Of a DNA stretch of 64,000 nucleotides, positions 1 to 9,869 are shown piece by piece. The stretch comes from an uncultured Actinomycetes bacterium (lineage in GTDB: Bacteria; Actinomycetota; UBA4738; HRBIN12). Positions within the stretch are counted from its first letter, which is position 1. The number at the start of each line of letters is the position of its first letter. Below the pieces are notes generated by a model. It was not told the DNA's origin. It was given only the letters and a program-made list of their open reading frames with translations, and did no database searches. The translations under genes and the position numbers were made by a program. Where the stretch lies: positions 2,752,001-2,816,000 of the forward strand of contig OY969934.1 of NCBI GenBank assembly GCA_963704725.1, written 5' to 3'.

Positions 1-255
1 TTCGACGTCGTGTTCTGCGACATCGACAAGCCCGGGTACCCCGACGCGTGGCGGGCGGCCCGCGAGCGGATCCGCCTCGGCGGCCTGTACCTGTGCGACA
101 ACACGATCGGGACCGGCAGCGGCACGGTCCTCGACGAGGGCCCGCGCTTCGAGGCGATCCGCGAGCACAACCGCCTCATCGCCGAGGACGAGCGCTACGT
201 CTCCACCATCCTGCCCACTCGCGAGGGCGTGCTGGTGGCGCTCCGGACCGCGTAG
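1..255 (+). CDS. SAM-dependent O-methyltransferase, C-terminal part (5'-truncated by window)
   Basis: Frame 1 open from base 1: FDVVFCDIDKPGY...GGLYLCDNT...REGVLVA, typical of the caffeoyl-CoA/YrrM-like O-methyltransferase C-terminus. Confidence 0.8.
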   Translation, partial: FDVVFCDIDKPGYPDAWRAARERIRLGGLYLCDNTIGTGSGTVLDEGPRFEAIREHNRLIAEDERYVSTILPTREGVLVALRTA

Positions 256-446
256 CCCTGATGTCCCAGCCCGGACTCTCCGACGTCGTGCTTAGCGGCT
301 TCCCGCGGGTCGTCACGAGTGAAGGCCGACGTCTTCGCGCATCAGCGGGGTTTCGCTCCGACGATCCGCAGTAGACTCCGCGCGGTCTCGGGACGGGTCG
401 GCGATGGGAGCCCCCGTTGCCGACGATAGGCTCTTCGGAGAGGCTG

Positions 447-842
447 ATGGCGAAGCGGAAGTCCGACGTCGGGACGCTCTACAAGGGCAGTCCGGGGCAG
501 TGGTCGTGGCTGGCGCATCGCATCACCGGCGTCGCGGTCATCCTGTTCCTGTTCGCCCACGTGGTGGACACCGCGGTGATCGGCTGGGGCCCCGACGCCT
601 ACAACCGGGTCGTCAGCGTGTACCACAACTGGGCCGTCAAGCTGCTGGAGCTCGGCCTCGTCGCCGCGGTGCTGTTCCACGCGATCAACGGCGTGAAGAT
701 CATGGTGTTCGACTTCTGGCCGTCGACCACCCGCTACATGCGGCCGATCGCCGCCGCTTCGACCGCCCTGTTCCTCGCGTCGATGGTCCCGATCACCTGG
801 ATCATGGGCCGAGACATCCTCGACGCGGCGGGGATCCTCTGA
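447..842 (+). CDS. sdhC: Succinate dehydrogenase cytochrome b556 subunit
   Basis: [10 protein letters not shown] and FHAINGVKI heme motifs, three TM segments, GGAGAGG SD before ATG 447, first gene of sdh operon. Confidence 0.92.
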   Translation: MAKRKSDVGTLYKGSPGQWSWLAHRITGVAVILFLFAHVVDTAVIGWGPDAYNRVVSVYHNWAVKLLELGLVAAVLFHAINGVKIMVFDFWPSTTRYMRPIAAASTALFLASMVPITWIMGRDILDAAGIL

Positions 843-1297
843 TGGCGGTCGAGACGCCGGAGCGCCGGGCCACCCCGTCCCCGTCGTCCCGCGACGGCGG
901 GTTCCTCGGCCCTCGAGGGCGCGAGCGCCCGGCCGGCGGGTTCGAGCTGTGGTCGTGGCTGTTCATGCGGATCAGCGGGATCGTGCTGCTGTTCTTAGCT
1001 GTGGGCCACATCTTGATCATGCACGTGCTCGACGACGGGGTGAACCGGGTCGACTTCGGGTTCGTCGCCACGCGGTGGGGCAGCCCGTTCTGGAGGACCT
1101 GGGACTGGGCGCTGCTCACCCTGGCGCTGATCCACGGGATCAACGGCCTCCGCGTGATCGTGCAGGACTACGTGAAGTGGCCCGGCGCCCGGTTCGCCGT
1201 GAACATGCTCTTCTACGTGCTGGGGTTCGGGCTGTTCATCCTCGGAACGGTGATCGTGCTCACGTTCGATCCGAGCAAGTGGCCGGGCGCGACCTAG
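842..1297 (+). CDS. sdhD: Succinate dehydrogenase hydrophobic membrane anchor subunit
   Basis: [21 protein letters not shown] motifs; TGATG overlap with sdhC. Confidence 0.92.
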   Translation: MAVETPERRATPSPSSRDGGFLGPRGRERPAGGFELWSWLFMRISGIVLLFLAVGHILIMHVLDDGVNRVDFGFVATRWGSPFWRTWDWALLTLALIHGINGLRVIVQDYVKWPGARFAVNMLFYVLGFGLFILGTVIVLTFDPSKWPGAT

Positions 1298-1302
1298 ACG
1301 AC

Positions 1303-3039
1303 ATGACGACCTTCCACACGTACGACACGGTGATCGTCGGCGCCGGGGGCGCGGGGCTCCGCGCGGCGATCGAGGCGTCCGATCGCGTGCGCACGGCCGT
1401 GATCTCCAAGCTGTACCCGACGCGCTCGCACACCGGGACGGCCCAGGGCGGCGTGTGCGCCGCGCTCGCCAACGTCGAGGAGGACTCGCCCGAGTGGCAC
1501 GCCTTCGACACCGTGAAGGGCGGGGACTACCTCGTCGACCAGCCGGCCGCACAGCTCATGTGCGAGGAGGCCGTCGAGGCGATCTACGAGCTCGAGCACT
1601 GGGGCCTGCCGTTCAACCGCACGCCCGAAGGCAAGATCGACCAGCGTCGGTTCGGCGGGCACACGCGCAACCACGGCGAGGCGCCGGTCAAGCGGGCGTG
1701 CTACGCGGCGGACCGAACCGGCCACATGATCCTGCAGACGCTCTACCAGCAGTGCGTCAAGCGCAACATCCGGTTCTTCAACGAGTTCTACGTGCTCGAC
1801 CAGCTCATGACCGACGGCCGGTGCGCCGGGGTCGTGGCGTACGAACTCGCCACCGGCGAGCTGCACGTCTTCCGGGCCAAGGCCGTCGTCTACGCCACCG
1901 GTGGGTTCGGCCGCATGTTCAAGGTGTCGTCGAACGCCCACACGCTGACCGGGGACGGGCCGGCGGTCCTGTATCGCCGCGGCATCCCGCTGGAGGACAT
2001 GGAGTTCTTCCAGTTCCACCCCACCGGCGTCTACAAGATGGGCATCCTGCTGTCCGAGGCCGTTCGCGGCGAGGGGGGCATCCTCCTGAACTCGGAGGAG
2101 GAACGCTTCATGGAGCGCTACGCCCCCACCGTGAAGGACCTCGCGCCCCGGGACATGGTCTCCCGGGCGATCTTCCAGGAGATCAAGGAGGGACGCGGCG
2201 CCGGGCCCAACCGCGACGCCGTGTGGCTCGACGTCCGCCACCTCCCGCGCGAGGTGATCGAGGAGAAGCTCCCCGACGTGACCGAGTTCGCTCGCGTGTA
2301 CCTCGGCGTCGAGCCGACCACCGAGCTGGTGCCGATCCAGCCGACGGCCCACTACGCGATGGGCGGCATCCCCAGCGACGTCGACGGGCAGGTGGTGACG
2401 GGCGAGGAGGAGACGCCGGTGCCCGGCCTGTACGCGGCCGGCGAGTGCGCCTGCGTGAGCGTGCACGGCGCCAACCGTCTGGGCACCAACTCGCTGCTCG
2501 ACATCGTGGTGTTCGGCCGCCGGAGCGGGAAGAGCGCGGCGGCGTTCGCCGAGGACGCCGAGCTCCCGGAGCTCCCCGAGCGACCAGAGGGCGCCGTCGC
2601 CGACCGGCTCGACGGCCTCCGGGGCCGGCCCGAGGGCGCCAACGCCGCGGACATCCGAGCCGAGATGCAGGAGCAGATGCAGGAGCTCGCGTTCGTCGTG
2701 CGGACGGAGGAGAGCCTGCGCAAGATGCAGGCGATCCTGGCCGGCCTCCACGAGCGCTTCGAGCGCGTCTACGTCCAGGACACCGGCAGGCTGTTCAACA
2801 CGGAGCTCATGGAGGTCGTCGAGCTCGGCTTCCTGCTCGACTGCGCCGACACGCTCGTCGCGGCCGCGCTGGCGCGGGACGAGAGCCGGGGCGGCCACTA
2901 CCGGGAGGACCACCCCCTGCGCGACGACGCGAACTGGCTGAAGCACTCGCTCGCGTACCGCAACGACGACGGCTCGGTCCGTCTGGAGACCAAGCCCGTG
3001 AAGCTGGGACCGTACGTCCCGATGGAGCGGAAGTACTGA
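1303..3039 (+). CDS. sdhA: Succinate dehydrogenase flavoprotein subunit
   Basis: [16 protein letters not shown] (covalent FAD His), [25 protein letters not shown]. Confidence 0.97.
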   Translation: MTTFHTYDTVIVGAGGAGLRAAIEASDRVRTAVISKLYPTRSHTGTAQGGVCAALANVEEDSPEWHAFDTVKGGDYLVDQPAAQLMCEEAVEAIYELEHWGLPFNRTPEGKIDQRRFGGHTRNHGEAPVKRACYAADRTGHMILQTLYQQCVKRNIRFFNEFYVLDQLMTDGRCAGVVAYELATGELHVFRAKAVVYATGGFGRMFKVSSNAHTLTGDGPAVLYRRGIPLEDMEFFQFHPTGVYKMGILLSEAVRGEGGILLNSEEERFMERYAPTVKDLAPRDMVSRAIFQEIKEGRGAGPNRDAVWLDVRHLPREVIEEKLPDVTEFARVYLGVEPTTELVPIQPTAHYAMGGIPSDVDGQVVTGEEETPVPGLYAAGECACVSVHGANRLGTNSLLDIVVFGRRSGKSAAAFAEDAELPELPERPEGAVADRLDGLRGRPEGANAADIRAEMQEQMQELAFVVRTEESLRKMQAILAGLHERFERVYVQDTGRLFNTELMEVVELGFLLDCADTLVAAALARDESRGGHYREDHPLRDDANWLKHSLAYRNDDGSVRLETKPVKLGPYVPMERKY

Positions 3040-3803
3040 TGGCCGAGCTCGGCGACGTCCTGGAGGGATCGGACCGGCAGCGGGCCGGGGCGTCTCGCCG
3101 GCTGACCCTCACGGTGCGGATCCGCCGCTACAACCCGGAGGTCCGCGGCGAGGAGTCGTGGTGGGACGAGTTCACGATCGAGGCCGATCCGGACGACCGG
3201 CTCCTCGACGCCCTGCACCAGGTGAAGTGGTACCACGACGGCACGCTCGCGCTGCGGCGGTCGTGCGCCCACGGCATCTGCGGCTCGGACGCGATGATGA
3301 TCAACGGCCGGAACGCCCTGGCCTGCAAGGTCATCGTCCGCGACATCGCCCCAAAGGTCACCGTGGAGCCGATCCGCGGCCTGCCGGTCCTGAAGGACCT
3401 CATCGTCGACATGGAACCGTTCTTCGCCGGGTACCGCTCGGTCCTGCCCTACCTCGTGAACGACTCCGGCGAGCCCGACACCGAGCGCCGGCAGTCCCCG
3501 GAGGACCGCCACCGGTACGACGACACGACCAAGTGCATCCTGTGCGCCTGCTGCACCACCTCGTGCCCCATCTTCTGGGGCGACGAGGAGTACGTGGGCC
3601 CGGCGGCGATCGTGAACGCCCATCGTTTCGTCTACGACTCGCGGGACGAGGCCGGCAAGGAGCGCCTGCGGATCCTGTCCGAGAAGACCGGGGTGTTCCG
3701 GTGCCGGACGACCTTCAACTGCACCGACGCCTGCCCCCGCGGCATCCAGGTGACCAAGGCGATCCAGGAAGTGAAGCGCTCCATCCTGTTCGAGCGCTTC
3801 TGA
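3039..3803 (+). CDS. sdhB: Succinate dehydrogenase iron-sulfur subunit
   Basis: SCAHGICGSD, CILCACCTTSCP, CRTTFNCTDACP Fe-S motifs; TGATG overlap with sdhA. Confidence 0.97.
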   Translation: MAELGDVLEGSDRQRAGASRRLTLTVRIRRYNPEVRGEESWWDEFTIEADPDDRLLDALHQVKWYHDGTLALRRSCAHGICGSDAMMINGRNALACKVIVRDIAPKVTVEPIRGLPVLKDLIVDMEPFFAGYRSVLPYLVNDSGEPDTERRQSPEDRHRYDDTTKCILCACCTTSCPIFWGDEEYVGPAAIVNAHRFVYDSRDEAGKERLRILSEKTGVFRCRTTFNCTDACPRGIQVTKAIQEVKRSILFERF

Positions 3804-3853
3804 GCCCGGCCGAGCGGTAGGATTCCGGCCCCTTGATCCGAGGAGCACCGGGC

Positions 3854-4777
3854 ATGCGCGTGACCGTGGTCGGAAGCGGGTTCGTCGGACAGAGCACCGC
3901 GATGCGGCTCGTCGAGCGAGGCCTCGCCGAGGTCGTGCTCATCGACATCATCGAGGGTCTCCCCCAGGCGCTCGCGCTCGACATGAAGCAGTCCTCTCCC
4001 GTCGTGGGGTTCGAGCCGAGGATCGTGGGCACGAACGACTACGCGGACACGGCCGGCTCGGACGTCGTCGTGATCACGGCGGGCTTCCCCCGGCAGCCCG
4101 GGATGAGCCGCATGGACCTGCTGGGCAAGAACGCCGGCATCGTGCGCGGCGTCGTGGAGCGGTTCGTCCCCGGCTCGCCCGAGGCGATCATCATCGTCGT
4201 CTCCAACCCGCTCGACGAGATGACCTACCTCGCCGCGGAGGCGTCCGGGTTCCCCAAGGAGCGCGTCGTGGGCATGGCCGGCGTGCTCGACTCGGGGCGC
4301 CTGCGGTACTTCATCGCCGAGGAGCTCGGGGTGTCCCCGCTCGTGGTCGAGGCCATCACGCTCGGCTCCCACGGCGAGTCCATGGTGCCGCTCCCGCGGC
4401 ACGCCACGGTCGACGGCAAGCCGCTCACCGACATCGCCGACGAGGCGACGCTCGAACGCCTGTACGCCCGCACCCGGGACGCGGGCGCCGAGATCGTCGC
4501 GCTCCTGAAGAAGGGCAGCGCGTACTACGCCCCCTCGGCCTCGGTGGCCAGGATGATCGCGGCCATCGCCGGGGGAACGGACGAGACGCTCCCGGTCTGC
4601 GCGTGGTGCACGGGCCAGTACGGCATCGACGGCGTCTACGTGGGCGTCCCGGTCCGCCTGTCGCGAGGGGGCGTCGAGCAGATCGTCGAGCTCGACCTCA
4701 ACGAGGACGAGCTCCGGGCCCTGCGGGCCGCGGCCGAGGGCATCCGCGACAAGTGCGCCGATCTCGCTCAGCTCTGA
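3854..4777 (+). CDS. mdh: Malate dehydrogenase (LDH-like type)
   Basis: GSGFVG, TAGFPRQPGMSRMDLL, GMAGVLDSGR, GSHG; GAGGAG SD. Confidence 0.95.
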   Translation: MRVTVVGSGFVGQSTAMRLVERGLAEVVLIDIIEGLPQALALDMKQSSPVVGFEPRIVGTNDYADTAGSDVVVITAGFPRQPGMSRMDLLGKNAGIVRGVVERFVPGSPEAIIIVVSNPLDEMTYLAAEASGFPKERVVGMAGVLDSGRLRYFIAEELGVSPLVVEAITLGSHGESMVPLPRHATVDGKPLTDIADEATLERLYARTRDAGAEIVALLKKGSAYYAPSASVARMIAAIAGGTDETLPVCAWCTGQYGIDGVYVGVPVRLSRGGVEQIVELDLNEDELRALRAAAEGIRDKCADLAQL

Positions 4778-5361
4778 GCGAGATCGTCCCCGGCACCCGA
4801 TGGCTCGTCGCGGTTCGGCGGGACCCCCTCGCGCCGGCGGATCCACACGAGGCTGAGCGCCCCGCCGGTGGCTCCGAGCGCCCCGCCGGCGATCGTCAGG
4901 AAGATGCCGAGACCGAGCGAGACCTCGAAGCGGGATCGGAACTGCGCCTCGATCGCCTCGCGGATCGGCTCCACCGGGAGGCCCGACTCCGCGGCGAGCT
5001 TCTGGGCGATCCGATCCCGCTGCCCGGGGTCGGTGAACCTCGTCCGGGCGCGGGCGGCGTCGGCCACGGCGACGCCGGCGGCGGCGAGGCCGACCACGAT
5101 GATCACGGCCGCGATGGCACGCGCGACGGCGGGACCGGAGAGCCGGAGGAGGAGCAGGCCGATCAGCGTCACGAACCCGGCGCCGAGCGCGACGAGCCCC
5201 TCCCACACGTCGACGCCGGCCGTCGGCGTGTCGAACCCGCTCACCGTCGCCCACTCGCCGATGGCGCCGATGCCCATGAGGAGGCCACCCAGCACCAGCG
5301 TGACGAACCCCCACAGGCGCAGCGCGGTGGGGCGGGCGGTCGAGAGGATCTCTCGGGGCAT
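4768..5361 (-). CDS. Hypothetical 4-TM membrane protein
   Basis: Four hydrophobic segments, GAGG SD before ATG 5361, GC-rich codon usage; convergent overlap with mdh. Confidence 0.65.
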   Translation of the reverse strand: MPREILSTARPTALRLWGFVTLVLGGLLMGIGAIGEWATVSGFDTPTAGVDVWEGLVALGAGFVTLIGLLLLRLSGPAVARAIAAVIIVVGLAAAGVAVADAARARTRFTDPGQRDRIAQKLAAESGLPVEPIREAIEAQFRSRFEVSLGLGIFLTIAGGALGATGGALSLVWIRRREGVPPNRDEPSGAGDDLAQS

Positions 5362-5458
5362 GGCGCATCCTCTCACCGCCGCCCGGTCGCCGAACGAGAG
5401 GCGGCGGTAGCATCGGCGGGGAGGATCACGTCATGAGGATCGTCGGACCGATCGAGCG

Positions 5459-5635
5459 ATGAGCGTCCTCCGGTTCCTCCGGCTCGTCGGCACGCACACG
5501 CGCACGTTCTTCACCAACTGGCGGGAGTACGACGCGACGCTCTCCACGAAGCTGCGCCTCACCGCGCGGAACCGATGGCGGGCGACGTTCTCGCGGCAGC
5601 AGTGCTGCGGACACCTCGGCGAACCCGGCTGCTGA
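5459..5635 (+). CDS. Small hypothetical protein (58 aa) ending in CCGHLGEPGC; below the ORF-track cutoff
   Basis: Read by hand: MSVLRFLRLVGTHTRTFFTNWREYDATLSTKLRLTARNRWRATFSRQQCCGHLGEPGC*; third positions strongly G/C; fills an otherwise empty gap. Confidence 0.7.
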   Translation: MSVLRFLRLVGTHTRTFFTNWREYDATLSTKLRLTARNRWRATFSRQQCCGHLGEPGC

Positions 5636-5649
5636 CAGGTGCAGGGACA

Positions 5650-5667
5650 GGGCCCCGGTCGGGGCCC
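5650..5667. terminator. GC-rich hairpin between convergent genes
   Basis: GGGCCCC-GGTC-GGGGCCC. Confidence 0.4.
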
Positions 5668-5692
5668 CGGGGGACATCACCGATGATCGGCG

Positions 5693-5896
5693 CTACCGCT
5701 TCGTCCGTGCCCTCGTGCGGATGAACCTTGCGGAACCACCGCTGGGCGTGAAGACGGTCTCGTGTCCGTCTTGCCAGCGCACCCGGTAGCGCACGCCGAC
5801 CTCCCCCGAGATCACCTCCAGCACCTTCCCCTCGCGAGTGGGGGTGCCGACGGTCTCCGACTCGACGACGATCCGATCGCCGATCTTCGCGTTCAT
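5693..5896 (-). CDS. DUF1918 domain-containing protein
   Basis: AKIGDRIVVES...REGKVLEV...YRVRWQDGHETVFTP matches the DUF1918 pattern; GAGGAGG SD. Confidence 0.85.
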   Translation of the reverse strand: MNAKIGDRIVVESETVGTPTREGKVLEVISGEVGVRYRVRWQDGHETVFTPSGGSARFIRTRARTKR

Positions 5897-5969
5897 CCGG
5901 CCCTCCTCTGCACCCGGTGTCGACCCCCATCCTTGCGCGCCGGCCCCGACCCGGTCCAGACCGAGGGTC

Positions 5970-7034
5970 CTAGCGATCGAGGGCCCCGGCGACGGCCGCG
6001 GCCATCTCGTCGGTGGTCGAGCTCCCCCCCAGATCGCCGGTGCGAACCTCGCCCTCGGCGAGCACGCGGTCGACGGCCGCCTCGACCGCGTCCGCCCTCG
6101 CCCGCTCGCCGAGGTGCCGCAACAGCATCGCGCCGGATCGGATCATCGCCACCGGGTTCGCGATCCCCCGCCCGGCGATGTCCGGGGCGCTCCCGTGGAC
6201 CGGCTCGAACACGGCGTACTCCCAGCCCAGGTTGGCCCCCGCCGCGATGCCGAGCCCGCCGACGAGGCCCGCGCACAGGTCGGACAGGATGTCCCCGTAC
6301 AGGTTCGGCAGCAGCAGCACGTCGAAGCGCTGCGGCTCCCGGGCCAGTCGCATCGACAGCAGGTCGACGGGCATGTCCTCGAAGCCGACGTCTCGATGCG
6401 CCGCGGCTTCCTCGCGCCCGATCGACAGGAAGAGCCCGTCGGAGAACCGCATGATCGAGGCCTTGTGGCCGAGCGTGATGCGGCGCCGGGCGTTCGCCCG
6501 GACGAACTCGAACGCGAACCGGACGATGCGCCGGGCGCCGGTCACGCTGATCGGCTTCACGGTGAAGCCCGCGTCCCCCCGGACCTCCTGCCCCGAGAGT
6601 CGCCGGAGCTCGGCGCGCAGCTCCTCGGCCTGCGGCGTTCCCCGTTCGAACTCGATGCCCCGGTACAGGTCCTCGGTGTTCTCGCGGATCACCACGAGGT
6701 CGACGCCGTCGTGGCGGGTGGGGACGCCGGGCAGCGAGCGGGACGGCCGGACGGCGGCGAACAGGTCGAGCTCGTGCCGCAGGGCCACGTTCACGCTGCG
6801 GAAGCCGGACCCCACGGGGGTCGTGATCGGCCCCTTGATCGCGACCCGCGAACGCCGGATCTCCTCGAGCACCCGGGCGGGGAGCGTCGTCCCCTCGCGT
6901 TCCAGGACCGCCGCGCCGGCCTCCTGGACGACCCACTCGATGCCGGCCCCCGTCGCATCCAGGACCCGCCGGGCGGCCGCCGAGACCTCCGGGCCGATGC
7001 CGTCCCCCGGGATCAACGTGACGAGATGCGACAC
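5970..7034 (-). CDS. Isocitrate/isopropylmalate dehydrogenase family protein, probable NAD-type isocitrate dehydrogenase
   Basis: IPGDGIGPEV, RSVNVALR, RENTEDLY, NLYGDILSD, HGSAPDIAG. Confidence 0.88.
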   Translation of the reverse strand: MSHLVTLIPGDGIGPEVSAAARRVLDATGAGIEWVVQEAGAAVLEREGTTLPARVLEEIRRSRVAIKGPITTPVGSGFRSVNVALRHELDLFAAVRPSRSLPGVPTRHDGVDLVVIRENTEDLYRGIEFERGTPQAEELRAELRRLSGQEVRGDAGFTVKPISVTGARRIVRFAFEFVRANARRRITLGHKASIMRFSDGLFLSIGREEAAAHRDVGFEDMPVDLLSMRLAREPQRFDVLLLPNLYGDILSDLCAGLVGGLGIAAGANLGWEYAVFEPVHGSAPDIAGRGIANPVAMIRSGAMLLRHLGERARADAVEAAVDRVLAEGEVRTGDLGGSSTTDEMAAAVAGALDR

Positions 7035-7063
7035 GCCCGAACCCTACTCGGGGCGCGGACGGC

Positions 7064-8128
7064 TCACGCCAGCCGGCGGATCACGGCCTCCGTCACCGCC
7101 TCGGTCCCGATCCCCCGCTCTCCGGCGAGGTCGGCGGTGACCTCACCGGCGGCGACGGCCTCTGCCACCGAGCGCTCGAGCCGGTCCCCCGCCTCGACCT
7201 CGCCGAGGTGCCGGAGCAGCATCGCCCCGGAGAGCATCAGGGCCATGGGGTTGGCCGTGTCGGTCCCGCGGTACCGCGGCGCGGCCCCGTGTGTCGCCTC
7301 GAACACCGCCCGGCCCTCTCCCAGGTTGACGCCGGGCGCGAGGCCGAGTCCCCCCACGAGCCCGGCGCACAGATCGGACACGATGTCCCCGTACAGGTTG
7401 GGCAGGACGAGCACGTCGTACTCCTCGGGCCGCTGCACCAGCTGCATCGACAGGTTGTCGATGATCCGGTCCTCGAACGCGATGTCGGGATGCTCGGCCG
7501 CCACCCGGCGCGCCGTCTCCAGGAACAGGCCGTCGGAGACCTTCATGATGTTCGCCTTGTGCCCGGCGGTCAGCTTGCGCCGGCCCCGGCTGCGGACGTA
7601 GTCGAACGCGAAGCGCACGATGCGCTCGCTGGCGGAGGCGCTGATGGCCTTGATGCTCAGGCCCGAGTCCTCGCGAACCCGGTGGCCGGTGGCTCGCTCG
7701 ACGAACCCGATCAGCTCGGCCGTGGTGTCCTCGCCCTGCTCGAACTCGATCCCCGTGTAGGCGTCCTCCGTGTTCTCCCGGACGATCACCACGTCCACGT
7801 CCTCGTACGGTGAGCGGACCCCCGGGAACGAACGGCACGGGCGAACGCAGGCGAACAGGTCGAGCTGGACCCGAAGCGAGACGTTCACGCTCCGGTACCC
7901 GCCCTCCGGCGTGACCAGTGGACCCTTGAGGGCGACCCCGGTCTCCCGGATCGACTCGAGGACGCGCGGAGGCAGCGGCATCCCCTCGCGCTCGGCGACC
8001 TCGGCGCCCGCCTCCTGGACGTCCCAGTCGATCGCGACACCCGTGGCCTCGATCGAGCGGCGAGCCGCCTCGACGAGCTCGGGACCGACCCCGTCGCCCG
8101 GGATCAGCGTGGCGCGGTGGGTTGCCAG
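7064..8128 (-). CDS. Isocitrate/isopropylmalate dehydrogenase family protein, probable NADP-type isocitrate dehydrogenase; probable CTG start
   Basis: IPGDGVGPEL, RSVNVSLR, RENTEDAY, HKANIMK, NLYGDIVSD, HGAAPRYRG; AGGAGG SD 6 nt before in-frame CTG at 8128. Confidence 0.88.
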   Translation of the reverse strand: MATHRATLIPGDGVGPELVEAARRSIEATGVAIDWDVQEAGAEVAEREGMPLPPRVLESIRETGVALKGPLVTPEGGYRSVNVSLRVQLDLFACVRPCRSFPGVRSPYEDVDVVIVRENTEDAYTGIEFEQGEDTTAELIGFVERATGHRVREDSGLSIKAISASASERIVRFAFDYVRSRGRRKLTAGHKANIMKVSDGLFLETARRVAAEHPDIAFEDRIIDNLSMQLVQRPEEYDVLVLPNLYGDIVSDLCAGLVGGLGLAPGVNLGEGRAVFEATHGAAPRYRGTDTANPMALMLSGAMLLRHLGEVEAGDRLERSVAEAVAAGEVTADLAGERGIGTEAVTEAVIRRLA

Positions 8129-8282
8129 ATGCCGCCTCCTCGGACGGTCGGAGCCTCGCGCGACGTCCTCCGGCCGCGTCCCGAGCGGCCGGCCGCGGTA
8201 GGCTCGGTGCTGAAAGGATAGGCATGGGCGGTGCCGCGAAGCTCGAGCGGCGGCGCCGGTCCGCCGACGTCGGGAGCTCGCG

Positions 8283-9401
8283 ATGGCCGAGAAGGGGATG
8301 CGGGACATCGTCGCGGCCCAGACGCGCCTGTCGGACATCGACGGGACGAACGGGCGGCTCTGGTACGTCGGGTACCCGATCGAGGAGATCGCGCAGCACT
8401 GCTCGTTCGAAGAGGTCACCTACCTGCTCCAGCGCCTCCGCCTCCCCACCCAGGGCGAGCTCGACGACCTCGAGGAGTTCATGGTCGAGCAGCGGGACGC
8501 CTCGACGTTCATCGAGGAGCTCATGCTCACCCTCGCGCAGCAGACGTCGCCGATGTCGATGCTCCGGACGAGCGTCTCGGCGGCCTCCGCCTACGACCCC
8601 GACGGGTGGGACAACTCCACCGAGGCCAACGAGCGCAAGGCGCTCCGACTGATCGCCCGGACGCCCACGTTCCTGGCCATGTACCACCGGTTGCGGACGG
8701 GCCAGGAGCTCGTGCCCCCCAACCCCAAGCTCCCCCACGCCGCCAACTTCCTGTACATGCTCACCGGGGTCGAGCCGTCCCAGGAGGACGCCGACGTCCT
8801 CGACACCACGTTCGTCCTGTACGCCGACCACACGATGAACGCCTCGACCTTCACGGCCCGGATCATCGCCAGCACGCTCGCCGACATGCACTCAGCGGTC
8901 ACGGGGGCCATCGCCGCCCTCAAGGGACCGCTGCACGGGGGCGCCAACGAGGAGGCCATGAAGATGCTCGAGGAGGTGGGCTCGCCCAGGCGGGCGGCCG
9001 CCTACGTGAGAGCCCGGCTGGCGCGCAAGGAGAAGATCATGGGGTTCGGCCACGCCGTCTACCGGACGATGGACCCGCGCGCCCGGATCCTCAAGCTCCT
9101 CTCACGCGACACGGGCGAGCGACACGGCGACCTCCGCTGGTACGAGATCTCGGAGGCGATCGAGCGCGTCGTGTTCGACGAGAAGGAGCTGAACCCCAAC
9201 GTCGACTTCTACGCCGCGAGCGTCTACCACGTGCTCGGCATCCCCACGGACCTGATGACGCCGATCTTCGCCGTGGCCCGCATGGCCGGCTGGACGGCGC
9301 ACATCCGCGAGCAGTACTCGGACAACCGGATCATCCGCCCCGACTCGGAGTACGTGGGGCCCCGGGACCAGCACTGGGTCCCGATCGAGGGGCGCCGCTA
9401 G
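8283..9401 (+). CDS. Citrate synthase / 2-methylcitrate synthase (short type)
   Basis: DHTMNASTFTAR, GPLHGGANE, MGFGHAVY..DPR, NPNVDFY. Confidence 0.93.
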   Translation: MAEKGMRDIVAAQTRLSDIDGTNGRLWYVGYPIEEIAQHCSFEEVTYLLQRLRLPTQGELDDLEEFMVEQRDASTFIEELMLTLAQQTSPMSMLRTSVSAASAYDPDGWDNSTEANERKALRLIARTPTFLAMYHRLRTGQELVPPNPKLPHAANFLYMLTGVEPSQEDADVLDTTFVLYADHTMNASTFTARIIASTLADMHSAVTGAIAALKGPLHGGANEEAMKMLEEVGSPRRAAAYVRARLARKEKIMGFGHAVYRTMDPRARILKLLSRDTGERHGDLRWYEISEAIERVVFDEKELNPNVDFYAASVYHVLGIPTDLMTPIFAVARMAGWTAHIREQYSDNRIIRPDSEYVGPRDQHWVPIEGRR

Positions 9402-9844
9402 CCCATCGGCGGGGGCGGCGGAGGCGGTGCCGCGGGACCGCTCCCCATACCGCCCTGAACCGTCGACGCCGCGTCCCAGATCCGGTTCATGTGCTCCTGG
9501 GCGTACGGACCGATCGCGATGGAGAAGACCAGGGCCAAGACCGCCAGGAGCGCGGGCGAGAGCTGACTCTGAACGCCGATCCGCGCCTCCGCCTTCTGGA
9601 TGTGCTGGCCGGTGTTGTACACGGCGATGATGGCGGGGAAGATGATGAAGCCCCCCGGGATCAGCGCCAGCAGCGACCGCGCGGGGCTGATCGTGTCGTC
9701 CCGCTCGAACCGCTGCAGCTCCTGATTCACCTTGTAGTACCAGTAGAGCCCGTAGATCCCGATCGTGATGAAGCTCAGCCCGAGGACACCGAGTGGGTTG
9801 CGCTTCAGGAACGACTGTCCGTTGATCGTCACCGTCTCAGCCAT
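9398..9844 (-). CDS. DUF4234-like membrane protein with Pro-rich tail
   Basis: RNPLGVLGLSFITIGIYGLYWYYKVNQEL...QEHMNRIW pattern; AAGGAGG SD. Confidence 0.75.
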   Translation of the reverse strand: MAETVTINGQSFLKRNPLGVLGLSFITIGIYGLYWYYKVNQELQRFERDDTISPARSLLALIPGGFIIFPAIIAVYNTGQHIQKAEARIGVQSQLSPALLAVLALVFSIAIGPYAQEHMNRIWDAASTVQGGMGSGPAAPPPPPPPMG

Positions 9845-9869
9845 CGTGGCCTCCTTCCCCCGGGCGAGT

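Noticed and set aside
7064-8419. ORF-track N-terminal extension of the second IDH (and similar extensions of metF, purH, sucC, sdhA, sdhB)
   Set aside because: Extensions overlap neighbouring genes and lack family similarity; starts were reassigned using SD position, stop/start overlaps and motif onset
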